Shown piece after piece: positions 61,139-64,000 of a stretch of 64,000 nucleotides of DNA. A program made the position numbers and the translations under genes. The notes beneath the pieces were generated by a model. That model made no database searches. It worked only from the letters and a program-made list of their open reading frames with translations, and was not told where the DNA came from. The first letter of the stretch is position 1. The number at the start of each line of letters is the position of its first letter. This stretch comes from Lama guanicoe (Eukaryota): NCBI GenBank assembly GCA_013239625.1, contig MU054212.1:558001-622000 (forward strand), given 5' to 3'.

Positions 61139-62272
61139 TTCCCAGGACCAAGAATGAACGAGGCTTGTTTCACAGATGCTGAAGATGGTTCTCCATCGCC
61201 AACACTGGTGTCCAACACTGCAGGGCCTGGGTCCTCCCTGGCCAAGACTCACTGGACTTTGTTACCGTCTGTGTCTCAAAATGACCAAAACTGACACCTG
61301 GCAAAGTAGTAAGGTATTCAGAAACCTATTATGAGCAGAAATATATGGAGTTAGACCTTATTTTCTTAAACCTTCATTGTAGATTCAGAAGCAAATGACC
61401 ACCTCACGTAAATTCATTTCTTTGGACTTCCATAAAGGCAAGGCTTAGAGTTTTAATCCAATTTTTAATCTGGTCTTATACTTCAGCATCCAATGATTTG
61501 AAACCTCCTCTGGAAAATCAGGAAATTAAATAGATTATGAATATAAATATGTGTTACATATTTATTTTATCCATCACTGCTTATTAACCCTATTCCCTGT
61601 GATAATCACTAATATCAAGTTCACCTAGCGGTAGACACAGAAAAGTGTGCAGAATTCAACGCAACACACAACCACAAAAAGACTTCAGTACTCACTCTGG
61701 AGAAACAGTGTCCCTGCTGGTGCTCTTACTTGGCCGGGAACTCCCATTTAAACCCCTTCCCCCGCCCCAGGGGAGGTTCTCACAAGCAATTCTTTCCGTG
61801 CTGCTAAGTGGGTGAGTGTGGGTTCTAGGCAAGCCAGCACGACAGCAAAGAAAGGATGTCCCCAGAGGAGTCTCCAAGGGCGTAAAATTCACAAAAGAAA
61901 ACTAAAATGGCAACAAAATACCTTGGGCCCACTACCAGGTAGTGAAAGCTTGTTTGGTGGAGGGTGTTTAATAAGGCGACCTGCACGGCAATGATGGTGG
62001 GCGGAGCCATCCGCATGCAGGTGAGACCCTGCGTCTGTTCCCGCACAGCTGGGCACAGCTGGGCACAGCCAGGCCAGCAGGACCTGAGGGACCCTCTCCA
62101 CGCAGTCCGTTCTCAACAGCAGCCCAGAGACCCCCAGAAAGAGTTCTCCTTGACACAGGGAGCAGCAGCGTCTCACCAGCTGTGCTTTCTTCCTTCCATC
62201 GCCCCGACAGGGCGCTCCGAAGCCCAGGGCTGGGCTCTCCCGCAGCAGCCCTGGAGTCCCCTCGTCCTGGGC

Positions 62273-62333
62273 TTAGGAGCCCTTCCGCTCCGAGAAAACC
62301 AGCAAGGCCTCTCCAAGTCCGCTGAGCAGGAGG
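62273..62333 (-). CDS. TMEM241: TMEM241 (SLC35D4, nucleotide-sugar transporter family) last coding exon, 61 nt: (C)LLLSGLGEALLVFSERKGS*
   Basis: Minus strand reads ctcttgcatttctcacag|C CTC CTG CTC AGC GGA CTT GGA GAG GCC TTG CTG GTT TTC TCG GAG CGG AAG GGC TCC TAA. This matches the recalled TMEM241 C-terminus (CLLLGALGEALLVFSERKSS) and its known position convergent with CABLES1. Confidence 0.9.
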
Positions 62334-64000
62334 CTGTGAGAAATGCAAGAGGTCAGCTTTCCACTCCCTGGAGCCTGGAGGCTGTGGACGCACGGAGCTG
62401 CCTGGTACCCACAGACCGCAGGGCAACGGATGCTCCCTCATCCTGCAACCGAACCTCTCATCCCGGCCCACCCCACCCCACTTCGAGGTCAGGTCAGGGA
62501 CTGTCTGGGTCGCCCGGAAAACCTCAGCTCTGCGGGGGGAGGGGAGTGGGTGCAGGGTGGCTATACTTTCCCTCAGGGAAGAAGGTGATGTGTCCCAACC
62601 GTCCTGACCAGGAGAAGGTGACTGCACTTCGTTAATGCTCTCCAGTGAAAATACAGAGAAGGGCTTCCCACAGAGCTGCCTGGTGCTCTCCGCTACAGAG
62701 GGTGGATGGATATGAAACCATGCAGGTATCCATAATCTCATTATTAAGCTGTTAATCTCTGAATCCTTTTATTTCATTTAGACTAACAGAACATTTAAAG
62801 GCAAAATACTAATGGGGAATCATGAATTTCCCATGAGAACAGAAAGAAATATGGTCACTGATCTGCAAATAAAAGCATAGCAGAACTGAAGATTGTGAGA
62901 AAAAAAGGAGCTGGGTATCTTAACATGCCTAAAATGTAACACATCCAAAGGTCCACACATTTTCCACATTAAACTTCTCAGTAGACAACCTGGTGTCAGT
63001 CTGAATCCCCTGTTATCCCTCCCAAAGAGCACTTGTGAGGGCTGGGCCATGAAGTCAAGATTATGACAGGGTCTCTGATGATAAAATGCTCTTGTTCAGA
63101 GGTGCCAACAGCCCTTTCAATCCCACCTTCTCCTTTTGTTCTCCCATTCATCCATCTGTTTCCCACTCCTCCTATATACCCACACCCAACACGCACACTG
63201 GCTAAGACACCTCCGTATTTCTAACATGTATCTGGGGCACCAAGTGTATGAAACACACATTAAGTTGTGCACATCACATTCCTGGTGAAAAATGTCACCA
63301 ATGTGGGTGACGCTGACATAAAGATAACTTGGACCATGGACCATGGACCACTTCCAGCACAGGAAAGCATCAACTACTTGTGTGAATATAAAACAATAAG
63401 CTGAGTTCAAACAGTGCTCGGACGTTCGTTAGCTACATAATCCCGTGCACGTGATTCAGCTCAGTTTCCTCAGCTGGACCACAGGAGACGGTTACCTCTA
63501 ACAGTCCTGTGAGGCTTAGGAGGACACACTTGAAGCAATCTGCCCCCGTGTGTGGACTACAATGGACAAGCTGTAAAATACTATTCCTTTCCCATCGATT
63601 GCCCTCCCAGAGCAGGGATCCCTTCCTCACAACCAGCTAGCTTCCCGAACGCTGCTTGAAGACTCCTAATAAAGGACACATCCTGCTTTGCAAGGTAAGC
63701 TCCAGCCATGGCATTCAGGCATGCATCTACAGGCACCTTACTCATGGAAGGCCCTGGGCACGTGGTTCCTCCCTCCAGGAGGAAGTCTTGCCTCAAACTG
63801 ACCCGACAGCTGCTTCTTACATCCTCGCCGGGAGCTACTCTCTAGGGCAACAGAGAACAAATCTACGTCTCCGTCACCCACCTGTCAACCCTAGAGAGTG
63901 GAAAAATGCTCTGAACCACCCCCACCTCCTCTCCCTGGTGATTTAAGGCCTCTCTCTGGGTGAGGACAGACAGGTGCTCGTCAAGCAGCCAGTCCCCGAG

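Larger units (their letters stand above)
60005..62272 (-). other. TMEM241: TMEM241 3' UTR (end approximate)
   Basis: Runs downstream of the TAA to the AATAAA signals at 60026-60031 and 60109-60114 (minus strand). Confidence 0.6.

Noticed and set aside
61964..62741. Overlapping 223-aa (+) and 257-aa (-) ORFs
   Set aside because: They cross the TMEM241 last exon in the wrong frame or strand, plus UTR and intron. The real coding part is only 62273-62333.
1..64000. Prokaryote-style systems (CRISPR arrays, operons, defence loci) or an intact retroelement ORF
   Set aside because: The sequence is mammalian with spliced genes. I saw no regularly spaced repeat-spacer array and no intact RT, transposase or gag/pol frame.

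Overview
Mammalian genomic DNA, probably camelid (three tRNA-derived SINEs resembling Vic-1). The + strand carries the 3' part of CABLES1 (Cdk5 and Abl enzyme substrate 1). Eight coding exons (3952-47998; human-equivalent exons 3-10) have GT-AG boundaries and matching phases, and splice into one open frame ending ...[10 protein letters not shown] ~2.7 kb 3' UTR follows. Converging on the - strand is the last coding exon (62273-62333) and ~2.3 kb 3' UTR of TMEM241 (SLC35D4). The rest is intron or intergenic DNA with MIR, L2, L1, MaLR/ERVL LTR and MER/Tigger fossils. Most ORF-track entries are spurious. I see no new multi-gene system. The most unusual item is a 40/41-identical copy of the TMEM241 coding end, stop codon included, inside its own 3' UTR. 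Others are a candidate RBFOX-regulated in-frame cassette exon, an inverted SINE pair, a divergent patch next to a 14-3-3 phosphosite, and a tandem E-box. Repeat family names and human comparisons are from memory, not a search; repeat boundaries are approximate.
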